DNA of 63,955 bases, the filler included, from Octopus bimaculoides (taxonomy: Eukaryota), in NCBI RefSeq assembly GCF_001194135.2. It is 7 parts of 7 records of this genome, joined end to end, with 100 filler letters (N's around TTAATTAATTAA, not from the genome) between each part and the next. Parts side by side here need not be neighbours in the genome. Positions count along the whole stretch, not along the records: positions 1 to 17,243 come from NC_068981.1; positions 17,344 to 21,419 come from NC_068984.1; positions 21,520 to 30,902 come from NC_068997.1; 4 more parts are not named here. One strand, given 5' to 3'. This document shows positions 11,375 through 22,485 of this stretch, piece after piece. Within the stretch, counting starts at the first letter, position 1. Each line of letters starts with the position of its first letter. The translations under genes and the position numbers were made by a program. A model generated the notes under the pieces. The model made no database searches, was not told the DNA's origin, and saw only the letters and a program-made list of their open reading frames with translations.

Positions 11375-11637
11375 TCCTATATGTTAACTGGTACTCCGTC
11401 GGTTACGACGATGAGTTTTCCAGTTGGCCTGATCAAACAGAACTGCCTATTCACGACACAAAATGTGACAATGTTGGCCCTTTGAATTACAAATATATCC
11501 CATTTTTGCCAGCTGTGTGAACTGAAGCAACGTGAAATAAAGTATCTTTCTCGAGGACACAACGTTCTGCATGGAATCAAACTCACAACCTTACGATCGT
11601 TAACCAAACACCATAACCACTGCGCCGCACGCCTCCA
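11375..11637 (-). mobile_element. tRNA-derived SINE, family C (CORE-like centre)
   Basis: Minus strand: ggcgtgcggcgcagtggtt (A box) .. gtgagtttgattcc (B box) .. gtcctcgagaaagatactttatttcacgttgcttcagttcacacagctggcaaaaatg. Homologous to the copy at 26216-26450. Confidence 0.8.
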
Positions 11638-12396
11638 CCAACATCCTTACATTAGAAATTAACTTATTTGAGCTACCGGTCTTTCAAATTATCTATCAAC
11701 ATATTTTATTTACTAGAACACATTTTATCGTATGTTATTTGATATGATCAATATGCTCATAATGGAAGTCAGATATAGGTCATTGATAAAATTTTAGGTT
11801 ACCTACTACGCTTCATGAAATTCTTTATTGAAGTTAATGCATATCTTCTCATCCATGACTACTATGCTGGTAATTACTACTGTCAGAATCATGAAACCAG
11901 GTCACGAGTCCGCTTGAGCTATTTCTATAAGTAATTTTTCCAAGAAGTTGTATAGTGAGATGTCACAATTCTATATTCATATACTTTTAATATGAAAAAT
12001 GATCAAACTTCAATCTTCAAGGAAAATACAAAATAAACTATTTTTTAAAATGTTCTTGATAAGGCCATTCATTGATATATAAACTGTACAACTAAATACT
12101 TGTGTGGTTAGAGCATCGGGCTCACAACCAAGAGGTAGCCTAACACCAGTCATGTGGAAGGAAAGGAAGAAGAAAGTAGGATGAAAAAAGAAAGTATGAG
12201 GGACTAAAAGAAGGAGAAAAAAAGTTGTATGAAATTTAGATATATACTTACAAGGTGAGCAAAAGTGTACGTACACCGTTATATGTATATATTAATCCCG
12301 AAAATGGAAGAAGAATGCAACAAAAGACAATAAAACATCCGGACAGATAGACGATACGAAGACGGACAGGACAAAACAAGGACGGGCCATTCGTGG

Positions 12397-12452
<56 letters not shown>

Positions 12453-12964
12453 NNNNNNNNNNNNNNNNNNNNNNNNNNNNNNNNNNNNNNNNNNNNNNNN
12501 NNNNNNNNNNNNNNNNNNNNNNNNNNNNNNNNNNNNNNNNNNNNNNNNNNNNNNNNNNNNNNNNNNNNNNNNNNNNNNNNNNNNNNNNNNNNNNNNNNNN
12601 NNNNNNNNNNNNNNNNNNNNNNNNNNNNNNNNNNNNNNNNNNNNNNNNNNNNNNNNNNNNNNNNNNNNNNNNNATTTTGTTCCAATTATTTTCAAATTTG
12701 ATATATGGATTAAGCTTTGTATACTAATTATGAAAATAAAATTCATTTTCCCTATAGATCCATAATTAAAAAGTTATTAGCCTTTAAAATTTGCAAAATT
12801 TGGGTATTTTAGACAATCATAAGCGAGTATTTTACACATCACTGTGGCGATAAACTTTCTTTCTATAGTAACCAAAAACAAAGACGCACCACGTGTTCCA
12901 TAGATGATAGCGAAGAACTCTATTTCCATAGTAACCAAAGATGCTGCGCATGTACACAAGGAGT

Positions 12965-13125
12965 GTAACCACCACATGTTCTATAATTGTTTGATTTCAT
13001 AACAGATGGGACTTACACTCAACAGATTGAAAGTACCTGGGCATCGTTAAAGCCTGGAAGCAAACGCCGGTGTGGACACACCGTTCCACAGTTGACTCTT
13101 TGTGAATTTATGTGAAGTATAAAAT
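12965..13125 (+). mobile_element. Merlin/IS1016 (ISXO2-like) transposase C-terminal fragment
   Basis: xNH..F..DFITDGTYTQQIESTWASLKPGSKRRCGHTVPQLTLCEFYVK matches the ISXO2-family pattern VNH..F.D..TG.HTQ.IE..W..LK...G......L.EF. Confidence 0.55.
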
Positions 13126-13139
13126 CCTAGAGCGTATTG

Positions 13140-14420
13140 CATAGAAAAAGAATTTATCATTGATGGGTTCAGATTCATATTTGAAAACAACTCGTTTACC
13201 TTCAACGGTTCGGATTACTGCCATACAGTAGGAACGGTGATGGGTACGAAAGTAGCTCCTACATACGCCAACTTAGTCATGGGATTCCACAAGCAAAAAA
13301 ACTCTACAACCAAGCTCTTCTAATATTTGGTGACACGTTCCATACACAACTCAGAAACAATTGGAAAAGATATTTGGATGATTGCCTTATTTTATGGCAG
13401 GAAAATACTGACAAGCTAACTGAATTCAAAAACATGATATACAACCTCGGCAATAACATCCAATTTGCAATGGACTTTAACCCCAAAGAACTTGCCTTTA
13501 ACCCCAAAGAACTTGCTTTTAACCCCAAAGAACTTGCTAATCAAAACCCAAAATGGGAAAATAGAAATTTTACAAATGCACCGACTCCAAACAGTACCTT
13601 CTTTTCACATCACGTCACCCGAACCAAACCGAACTCAACATTCCCTTCAGCCTGGCAAAACAAGTTTGTACCACAGTATCAGAACCATCCAAGCATAAAC
13701 AAAGACTATAGAGGAACTGAAGGACACACTCATCCAAAGAGCCTTCCCTCCTGGTATAATCACCAACGGAATAAACAAGGCAAAACAAATGTATATCAAT
13801 GAAATTAGGAAGACATAAAAAACAAAAGAAGGAAAAATATCTTACCATTCGTGTCAACCTTGAATCCCAGGAACACCGAAATATTTGATCACATCCACAA
13901 AAATCTCCCCATCTTATTTGGAGATGAAAAAATGAGAAAAATCTTAGAAAAAGAATAAATCATCAAACCCAAAACACTAAAACTCATTCTTACAGGGGCA
14001 AAAACGCACAAAGAAACTCCCAACCCAACGGTCACAAAATGCGGGAAAACAAACTGCGGTACTTGCCTTTATCTTTTTGAAGGGCCAGAATTTGAATTTA
14101 AAGATGGTCAAACCTTCAAAGTCAAGTCCAATCTCACTTGCAATACGAAAAACCTAATCTACGTAATTACATGCAATGGTTGCCAACATAATTACATAGC
14201 TCAGATTGTTACGTAACACAATGACGACTTATCGCGAACAGATCCGAGACAAAAGCACGGGGAAATTCCTTTCAGAAGTCACATTGCAGCCTATGCAGGA
14301 ATGGTCTTACCAAATTTCAAAATATTTCCCCTCTACAAGTGCTCAGATTCCTTCAAACAACAAAGACTGAATAAATAAAGACAATTTATCAACAAGTATA
14401 AGTGACAATTGAATATAGAC
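13140..14420 (+). mobile_element. Penelope-like element, 5'-truncated, RT motifs 4-7 plus GIY-YIG, decayed
   Basis: FENNSFTFNGSDY..GTVMGTKVAPTYANLVMG; WKRYLDDCLILW; KCTDSKQYLLFTSRHP..IPFSLAK; ILPFVSTLNPRN; CGKTNCGTC..SNLTCNTKNLIYVITCNGCQHNYIAQ. Multiple frameshifts. Confidence 0.93.
13476..13538 (+). repeat. 21-bp tandem triplication inside the PLE RT (FNPKELA x3)
   Basis: tttaaccccaaagaacttgcc / ..gct / ..gct at 13476, 13497 and 13518. Confidence 0.97.
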
Positions 14421-15231
14421 CCAACCACAACCAATAAATAACAAGACACTTAAAAACAATTTTAGAGATATTATTATCATTTTCCCATCATTTCTTAAAT
14501 CTTTTTTTCCAATATTCATACATGCCAGCCCACACACACACACACACGCACACACACACACACACANNNNNNNNNNNNNNNNNNNNNNNNNNNNNNNNNN
14601 NNNNNNNNNNNNNNNNNNNNNNNNNNNNNNNNNNNNNNNNNNNNNNNNNNNNNNNNNNNNNNNNNNNNNNNNNNNNNNNNNNNNNNNNNNNNNNNNNNNN
14701 NNNNNNNNNNNNNNNNNNNNNNNNNNNNNNNNNNNNNNNNNNNNNNNNNNNNNNNNNNNNNNNNNNNNNNNNNNNNNNNNNNNNNNNNNNNNNNNNNNNN
14801 NNNNNNNNNNNNNNNNNNNNNNNNNNNNNNNNNNNNNNNNNNNNNNNNNNNNNNNNNNNNNNNNNNNNNNNNNNNNNNNNNNNNNNNNNNNNNNNNNNNN
14901 NNNNNNNNNNNNNNNNNNNNNNNNNNNNNNNNNNNNNNNNNNNNNNNNNNNNNNNNNNNNNNNNNNNNNNNNNNNNNNNNNNNNNNNNNNNNNNNNNNNN
15001 NNNNNNNNNNNNNNNNNNNNNNNNNNNNNNNNNNNNNNNNNNNNNNNNNNNNNNNNNNNNNNNNNNNNNNNNNNNNNNNNNNNNATATATATATACATAT
15101 ATAATATAGACATTCGGATTCAGCGTCAAAAATTACATCTATGTGATACATTAACATGTTTTTAAAAACATAATTGTAAATAGTGACGAAAACCACAAAG
15201 ATGCTTGCATATCTAGACAGGTTCATATATA

Positions 15232-16742
15232 TTTAAATGATAAACATCTGGAAAGTTTTACAGATTTTTACAGTTCCATTGATGGAATAGATCTGTAGTC
15301 TTTGAATTAGCTTTCTTCTTTCTTTTCTTGAGAAACCTAAGTTCTCAAAGTTGGTATTTAGGCAGTGTATTACATATCACAATGCTCCAATAATTACAAG
15401 TATAAACCTGAACTTGTAACCTGGATAGAGTAACTGCAGATTTTTCAATAGCTCAGCGTAGGTAATCTGTTTTTCACTGATCATCAGCTTTATATTAACA
15501 TCCGCTGGGCAGCTAACTTCCACAACTGTGCACGGTTTCTCTTCTGTATCCCCAAATCATTATGTCAGGTCTGTTGTGCTTACATTTTATTGAGGACTTC
15601 ACTGGGACATTCCACTAGTACTCCTTTTTATTATGAGTGGCTATGGCTTCTATGATACTGTGGGTTCTTTGTCCTCGGGGTTATCCTTCCGACGGATTTC
15701 ATTACAGAATGTCCTAGCTACAACGTCATGTCTCATCGGTAGATAATACCGTGATGACATTTTCATACAACTGCTTAATGATGTGGGTGATATTTCGGTG
15801 TTAACTCCACAAAGTCTGCATAGGTTGTCACATTTTCCGGTTTTTCCTGCATTTCTCTCCCTTTTGTGCTTCAGGTATTTGATTGATATTTCCTGTTCCT
15901 GGATTGCAAACGCATACCCTTCAAAATGGGAGATAGTAATCCGGCTATTAGTCCATGACAGACAGCTTTGATGATCAATGTTACTATCGTCTCAGAGTTT
16001 TCTACTAACATATCCATGCATAGTCTCCTACTCATATAGTCGACACTAGGTGGTTAAAAGATGTTACCGAAGGAATATGATACGACATTGAAAGGCATTT
16101 TGGATCGATGTTAAACCTCTACTGCCTTGTTTTCGTTTTAGGTAGAGATGGTCTACGTCACAGTTTATGTGGAAATTATGTGTGCTTGTTAGTATTTTTC
16201 AGACTTTCACATCGATGGCTCGGATCTCTTCAAGCGTCCAATCAAATGTTGGTATGAGTACTGGCACTGCAAGCACATTGTGGGTCACTGTTTTATTGAA
16301 TATAGAATGTTCTGAGGTCCAAATTTTCTTTATTCGGCTATAATATTCTTTAGTGACGCGTGTTTTGTAAGATATGTTTTCGTCCACCCTCAGATACTTG
16401 TAACATACCTCGTCAGATATAGGGGAAACAGTCAAATCATTGATGGATATGTTGCACGTCTGATGTATAGTTTCCCCCTTTTCACAACAATATTACAACA
16501 TTTATCCTGACCAAACTCCAATCCTATATCCTTCGAGAATGTTGTAACTTTGTCAAGGCTCTTTTTCATCTCATGTATATTCTTTGCATAAAGTTTCAAG
16601 TCATCCACTAAGAAACAGTGTGTAATTTTGCTATTTCTGTTTCCTTGTGAACCAGTGACATATCCTTCAGACTTCTTTAGCATAAACGACGTGGGTCTAC
16701 AGAAAGTATAAACAACATGACAGAGAGGCTGTCCCCTTGGAA
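15232..16742 (-). mobile_element. R4/Dong-like non-LTR retrotransposon with restriction-like endonuclease (family 1), 5'-truncated, decayed
   Basis: FQGDSLS; THCFLVDDLKLYAK..FSKDIGLEFGQDKC..KRGK; YKYL..EYYSRIKKI; DHLYLKRKQGSRGL; zinc knuckle ITHII..C..RHDVVA; REL motif HNRPDI..D..VEVSCPADVNI..EK..Y..LYPGYKF..PVIIGAL; ends ..GTVKICKTFQMFII*. Confidence 0.9.
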
Positions 16743-16753
16743 CATGTCTTTGC

Positions 16754-16835
16754 TATGTATGTATGTATGTATGTATGTATGTATGTATGTATGTATGTAT
16801 GTATGTATGTATGTACGTATGTATGTACGTATGTA
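16754..16835. repeat. (TATG)n/(CATA)n microsatellite abutting the 5' end of the R4-like element
   Basis: Directly visible. Confidence 0.95.
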
Positions 16836-17243
16836 TGTGCATGTATGTGTGAGTATGTGTATGTGCGTGCGTGTGTATATACTATAATAATATTCTTGTG
16901 TTTTTCTCCGTCACAACATATGAATGAGAAATGAAAGGGTGACAGATGGATAAGGAAGGGGAGATAGCAAACTAGTAGTGGGAGTGTTTCGACTCTGTGT
17001 GAGTATATGTGTGTATGTGTGTGCGTGTAGAAGGGAAGTGTGTGGATACTTGTATGTGTGAACTAGCGTTCTTTCTGTAACAAACAATGATCAATGTCAC
17101 ATCTCAATAGACAACCACTAGATAACATTGATAAGTATGTTAATTAGATTTACCATCCATGCTTATAGGGGGAAGCGTCTATGATGCACGGTAGGGGGAA
17201 TGTAATAATTTTAGCAGATGTTCTGATGGTGAGGTTAAAGATA

Positions 17244-17343
17244 NNNNNNNNNNNNNNNNNNNNNNNNNNNNNNNNNNNNNNNNNNNNTTAATTAATTAAN
17301 NNNNNNNNNNNNNNNNNNNNNNNNNNNNNNNNNNNNNNNNNNN
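17244..17343. other. Artificial scaffold linker (N44-TTAATTAATTAA-N44)
   Basis: Exactly 100 bp. The six-frame-stop 12-mer is at 17288-17299. The same structure recurs six times in the window. Confidence 0.95.
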
Positions 17344-17512
17344 TGACAACCGATGCTGGTGTGTTTACGTCCCTGTAACTTAGCGGTTCGGCAAAAGAGA
17401 CCGATAGAATAAGTACTAGGCTTATAAAGAATAAGTCCTGGGGTCGATTTGCTTGACTAAAGGCGGTGCTCCAGCATGGCCGCAGTCAAATGACTGAAAC
17501 AAGTAAAAGAGT
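17344..17512 (+). mobile_element. SINE family A, 3' half
   Basis: accgatgctggtgtgtttacgtccc..agcggttcggcaaaagagaccgatagaataagtactaggctt..ggcggtgctccagcatggccgcagtc..gactgaaacaagtaaaaga, homologous to 22520-22698. Confidence 0.9.
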
Positions 17513-17816
17513 AAACGTCCTTTGAATCACACCCAGCTGACTTTAAAAAAAGGATAGATACACTGGATAATGTTATCTGAAAGTAGGGGATTGTCACAGC
17601 TGGAATGCTTTACTCAGAAGTCTTCTTAAGGCTGACTTTGGGCTAAACAACAAAAAGTTATCAATATTTAAGAATTTGGTCAATTTTAATTCTGATCCCT
17701 AGATATACTTTCGTTATACTCTCCCATACACAATATGCTATGAGAGAAATTTGATTGGAGAAATGGCACAGAAGCCTGTATATGAGTGTGTGTGTCTATG
17801 TTTGTGTTTACTGGAG

Positions 17817-18142
17817 TTAACACACAAAGCACAGAGGGCCACGATCGTGGCCGTCAGGCAATGGTCGACAGGCCACGATCGTGGCCCAGATAGATGCATT
17901 TAATTTATGGGCGTTTGTTGGGTTTAACATGGCACTCAAAAGCTCCAATACTCCCCAGAATGCAAGAAGACGATTAGTTCAACTAATGACTTTTCAGATG
18001 ATGTAAAACTTGCCACCATTACATACTAAGATATTTAAACTATTTTTTGTGTTTTAAGTGTGCATGGTAGTCTCATTTTCATGAAATGTGTTCAGCAGTC
18101 CATGCTATATTTAAATGTAAATCCCAGCGCGTTATGGGTTAA
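17817..18142. mobile_element. Putative piggyBac-derived MITE carrying two 16-bp palindromes
   Basis: TTAA at 17817-20 and 18139-42. Degenerate TIRs CACACAAAGCACAGAG vs CCCATAACGCGCTGGG (about 10/16 identical). Subterminal palindrome GGCCACGATCGTGGCC at 17837-52 and 17871-86. Confidence 0.45.
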
Positions 18143-19084
18143 TACTTAGTGGCGGTTACTACCTAAAGGGAGGTAACTCTTTGAATGAAAGTAAATAAGT
18201 AGGCGAACTGAGCTTTTCGAGAGAGAGAAGAGAGAGTGATAAAATGAATGCAAGACAAAGTACTGGAGCCAAAATAATCTACTAAAATGCTCGAAGGTTG
18301 TGCTCTAGCATGGTTACATTCCTATGATTGAATGGCTGAGTCATGTCCGCGACTACTGAACAATCAGTGGGGTGTATCTTGTTCTAAGTTTAACTATTAT
18401 CCATAGATATAAGACTCTAATTTTAAAGTGGTTCATTCCATCTAACTGCAAATAAGGTTACACAACGAGAAGCTGTTTGAATTAACATAGGATATTCTCG
18501 AAATAGCAGCTAAGTCTCTAAATCACAACCTCCTGCTTAAAAAAAATGGAAGGAATACAATGGATATTAACTGAAAGAAAAGTCAGGGGATTATCACCGA
18601 TGGAAAGTTATGCTCTTAGGCCTACTAATTAAGACTACTTCGTAATTAACAACACGTTATTAGCTCACAGTATTGAAACAGACGAGGAAGCAACTTCACT
18701 AGAAATCTTTGCGGGTACTTCATTTTACAGTTACAGGAGTTGTCGGTAAATCTAAGGGAGTTAACAAAATAGTTATATAAAACCGTATCTATAAATGTTT
18801 CTGTTGAGGGGAAGCAACTGTGGCCATTACTTACTTGAATAGCTGGCAGTTGACAGCTATTCAAGAAAGAAATCTGGATGGGAATGAAGCAACTAGAGTG
18901 CTTCTATGTGGTCACTGGACCTACTAGAAACAACAACCCAAACTCGCCCTTACTGACTTAAAATAGGAACATAGGATAAGACATGTCTGAAAGAAAAAAA
19001 GTAATGAATGAAAAAAGCTTTTGAGTAGAAGCTTAATCTGAGACTAAACAACAGTAATAAAATGGACTGGATGGAATTTTCAGG

Positions 19085-19620
19085 TCACGTCTTGAGGTGG
19101 AACGATTGGAAATATGGTTGGTATTAAGAACACAGATTAAGTGAAGAGAGGAAGAGAGATTGGTGGGCTAGGGTTTGAAGAGTATGCAACTAGGTGGCAG
19201 GCTGTAATAATAGTGGTTGAAAAGATAGAATAAGAAGACAGGGAGTCTGTGATAGGGGCTGAGCTAAAAAAATTTTTAGTCCTGAAGACGGTTAAACTCC
19301 AGAACGCAGTTTTAACTATGCTATGGAAGTGAGATTGCCAGATGAGGTCATCAGAGATTGTGAGGCCTAGCGTTTGCAGAAACGTTGAGCGTTTTAGTTG
19401 TTGTCTAAGACTAAAGAGAGTGAAGGTGTGTTTTTCTTCTGTTGGCAAAAAGTTATGTCCCCATATAAGAACGTTTTGGGTGTCTGTTCATGGAAGCAGT
19501 GTTGGTTTGACTCAATGTGTATAGATTATGTGGATGACACTTGTTTGCAGAAGGTGGGATCATGTTATCGTTTGTATGAATGGGCTTTGTTGATACTGTT
19601 TGGTACTGAGTGAATACTGA
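19085..19620 (-). mobile_element. L2/CR1-group LINE RT C-terminal fragment, heavily decayed
   Basis: ..HSYK(A)DN..; LQTLGLTISDDLIWQSHFHSIVKTAFWSLTVFRTKNFFS resembles the LG..s.dL.W..HI..i.k.A...L..L.R motif. It runs into a gap at 19621. Confidence 0.65.
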
Positions 19621-20739
19621 NNNNNNNNNNNNNNNNNNNNNNNNNNNNNNNNNNNNNNNNNNNNNNNNNNNNNNNNNNNNNNNNNNNNNNNNNNNNNNNN
19701 NNNNNNNNNNNNNNNNNNNNNNNNNNNNNNNNNNNNNNNNNNNNNNNNNNNNNNNNNNNNNNNNNNNNNNNNNNNNNNNNNNNNNNNNNNNNNNNNNNNN
19801 NNNNNNNNNNNNNNNNNNNNNNNNNNNNNNNNNNNNNNNNNNNNNNNNNNNNNNNNNNNNNNNNNNNNNNNNNNNNNNNNNNNNNNNNNNNNNNNNNNNN
19901 NNNNNNNNNNNNNNNNNNNNNNNNNNNNNNNNNNNNNNNNNNNNNNNNNNNNNNNNNNNNNNNNNNNNNNNNNNNNNNNNNNNNNNNNNNNNNNNNNNNN
20001 NNNNNNNNNNNNNNNNNNNNNNNNNNNNNNNNNNNNNNNNNNNNNNNNNNNNNNNNNNNNNNNNNNNNNNNNNNNNNNNNNNNNNNNNNNNNNNNNNNNN
20101 NNNNNNNNNNNNNNNNNNNNNNNNNNNNNNNNNNNNNAATTAACGTACTAAATAATCAGTAACAGAGTCACGAGTTCTTTCAGCATAGCTAAATGAAAAC
20201 ATTATATTTTACTGTTATATTAATTTGTCCGAATATTTTATATAAATATCTGAATTATCATCAGGCGAGTACATCCTTTTTGATCCTTCACCAGTTCCAA
20301 CTTACTTTCGATTTGTTAATTTCACCTTTATTTCCACAATCGAAAAGTAACATAACTTGGCAGATAATAATACAAGCATCTTACATCTACTTTATGAACT
20401 ATATTACGAATAATGAAGCAACTACGGGCTAATATTTCTTACAAACTAAAGGACGATTTAACGATGGAGCTATTCAGCTGCCGTCCATAAATAGAAATAA
20501 CAGCCAAATGTCCTTTAAATCATACATCCAACATCTTAAAGAACATGATTAAATAAACAATATCTAAACAAAACGAAGTGACGGAATGGACGCGATCAGA
20601 ACACCTTTGTTCAAGGGACTGCTCGAACTCTGGGTTGACCATCGTAAATGTTTGAACTTCGCATAGCATTCTTCTGAAATAACTTCACTTAATACAAATA
20701 CAGTGTTCTGAAGAAAAGAAGGGAAGAAAGTAAGCTAAC

Positions 20740-21026
20740 CCGAATCTTGGATCTTCTGATGAAAGTTTTTCGCTATGAAACATCAAAGCATTTTCTTGCG
20801 TTCCAACTATTTTGTCTTTTCTTGTGTTGAATTTTGAGTCTTTCACTTTGTTAATTTTCGGTTGAAGGAAACCTTTCTTCGTTAATATTTTCTTTCTTTC
20901 TTCATCAGGGGAAATCGTATTAATCATAGGTCTGTGGACTCCAAAGGAATGTTTTCCTTTGCACAAACAAGCCTGAGGTCTCGACCGAGAACCAGTAAAC
21001 AATATCGTCCTTAAAAAGACAGCCAT
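20740..21026 (-). CDS. MRM3: First coding exon of a nuclear gene for a mitochondrial protein, probably rRNA methyltransferase 3 (MRM3/RNMTL1, SpoU family)
   Basis: ATG at 21026 in AGCATGG context. 95 codons MAVFLRTILFTGSRSRPQACLCKGKHSFGVHRPMINTISPDEERKK...ALMFHSEKLSSEDPRF-G, then a phase-2 donor GG|GTTAGC at 20739. The first ~40 aa are Arg/Lys-rich with no acidic residue (presequence-like). HRP....I.PDEER and EK....D.RF resemble recalled vertebrate MRM3 N-terminal blocks RRPV.V..PDGER and EKA..GD.RL. The exon call is stronger than the gene identity, and no downstream exon was found in sequenced bases. Confidence 0.55.
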
Positions 21027-21038
21027 GCTTGCATAATG

Positions 21039-21059
21039 TACGTGACCGGACACTTCCGG
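21039..21059 (-). promoter_or_regulatory. Housekeeping-type proximal promoter motifs: ETS site and CRE/E-box-like site
   Basis: CCGGAAGTG (21059-21051) and GTCACGTA (21046-21039) lie 13-33 nt upstream of the ATG. Confidence 0.6.
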
Positions 21060-21419
21060 GTGCTCTTTAGCTTTGGGTTTTCAAGTACGCTCTTCTGTCA
21101 TCTGAACGGTTTGTTTAGTTGTTTGTGTTGGTTATATTTACTCGAAAGAAATATACTTGTTTTATCTTAATCACGTTACCAAAATTAAGAACTAACTGTA
21201 TTATTTTTTTTTATTAATATCTAAAATGAAATATAATTTGTAGGTTGGCAGAATTCTAGTTTAGGCAATCCATATAACCCTTCATAACGTTCATATATTT
21301 TTCGCGAATTCGTATTCTACACACGGGAATTCACACGATTATGCATAAAAAAATGTGTCTGATTTAAACTTTGATTTCATAATTTTTTTATGGCTTGTAA
21401 TTTTCAGAAAATTTTGGTG

Positions 21420-21519
21420 NNNNNNNNNNNNNNNNNNNNNNNNNNNNNNNNNNNNNNNNNNNNTTAATTAATTAANNNNNNNNNNNNNNNNNNNNNNNNN
21501 NNNNNNNNNNNNNNNNNNN
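21420..21519. other. Artificial scaffold linker
   Basis: N44-TTAATTAATTAA(21464-75)-N44. Confidence 0.95.
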
Positions 21520-21590
21520 ATATATATATATATAATATATATACTCATATAAATACATACGAGTCCATTGCATAACTTAATCGGTAACAA

Positions 21591-21761
21591 TACGTAAATT
21601 CATATTCTTACATAACCATTCCGTTGCTTCGGGTGATAATCTGCAAAATATATTTCATGTGGTTCCACGTCAAATATTTTAGCAGGGTATTACCTGAAAT
21701 AAACACAGTAGAATATCACCTGACGAAATGGAATGGTTATGTAAGAATACGAATTTACATA
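21591..21761. mobile_element. Foldback MITE with 52-bp TIRs and TA ends (Tc1/mariner-type)
   Basis: 21593-21644 vs reverse complement of 21708-21759 match at 44/52. TA at 21591-92 and 21760-61; 63-bp spacer. Confidence 0.8.
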
Positions 21762-21843
21762 ATGCTACATATTAAGCAATGGACACACATATTGTGATAT
21801 TTTAAACTAGCCATTCGTTTTCGTATTTGCTTACTAAATATTT

Positions 21844-22263
21844 ATTTCTTTATTGTCCTCAGGGGGATAAATATAGAGGGAACAAACAGGGACAAACAAA
21901 GGGATTAAGTCGATTACATCGACCCCAGTGCGTAACTGGAACTTAATTTATCGACACCGAAAGGATGAAAGGCAAAGTCAACCTCGGCGGAGTTTGAACT
22001 GAGAACGTAACAGCAGACGAAATACCGCTAAGCATTTCGTCCGGCGTGCTAACGTTTTTATTTCTTTACTGCCCACAAGGGGCTAAACATAGAGGGGACA
22101 AACAAAGACAGACAAAGGTGTAACTGGTACTTAATTTATCGACCCCGAAAGGATGAAAGGCAAAGTCAACCTCGGCGGAGTTTGAACTCCGAACATAAAG
22201 ACAGACGGAATACAGTTAATTATTTCGCCCGGCGTGCTAACGTTTCTGCCAGACGCCGCCTTA
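21844..22263 (-). mobile_element. Two tandem copies of SINE family B (tRNA head plus Deu/Nin-like domain)
   Basis: Complete copy 22263-22059 (taaggcggcg..ctggcaga A-box region; gttcaaa B box; gactttgcctttcatcctttcggggtcgataaattaagtaccag). A second copy, 22056-21844, lacks ~20 nt at its 5' end. Confidence 0.92.
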
Positions 22264-22280
22264 CAAACGTAATATATCAT

Positions 22281-22454
22281 AGGCGCAGGAGTGGCTGTGT
22301 GGTAAGTAGCTTGCTTACCAGCCACAAGGTTCTGGATTTAGTCCCACTCTGTGGCACCTTGGGCAAGTGTCTTCTATAGCCTCGGGCCGACCAAAGCCTT
22401 GTGAGTGGATTTGGTAGACGGAAACTGAAAGAAAGTCGTCTTTATGTATATGTC

Positions 22455-22485
<31 letters not shown>

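Noticed and set aside
15465-15490. CTGATGA..GAAA words at 15484-15469 (minus), 20929-20910 (minus), ~20260 and ~44645
   Set aside because: They lie in coding frames or lack paired stems II, III and I, so they are not hammerheads.
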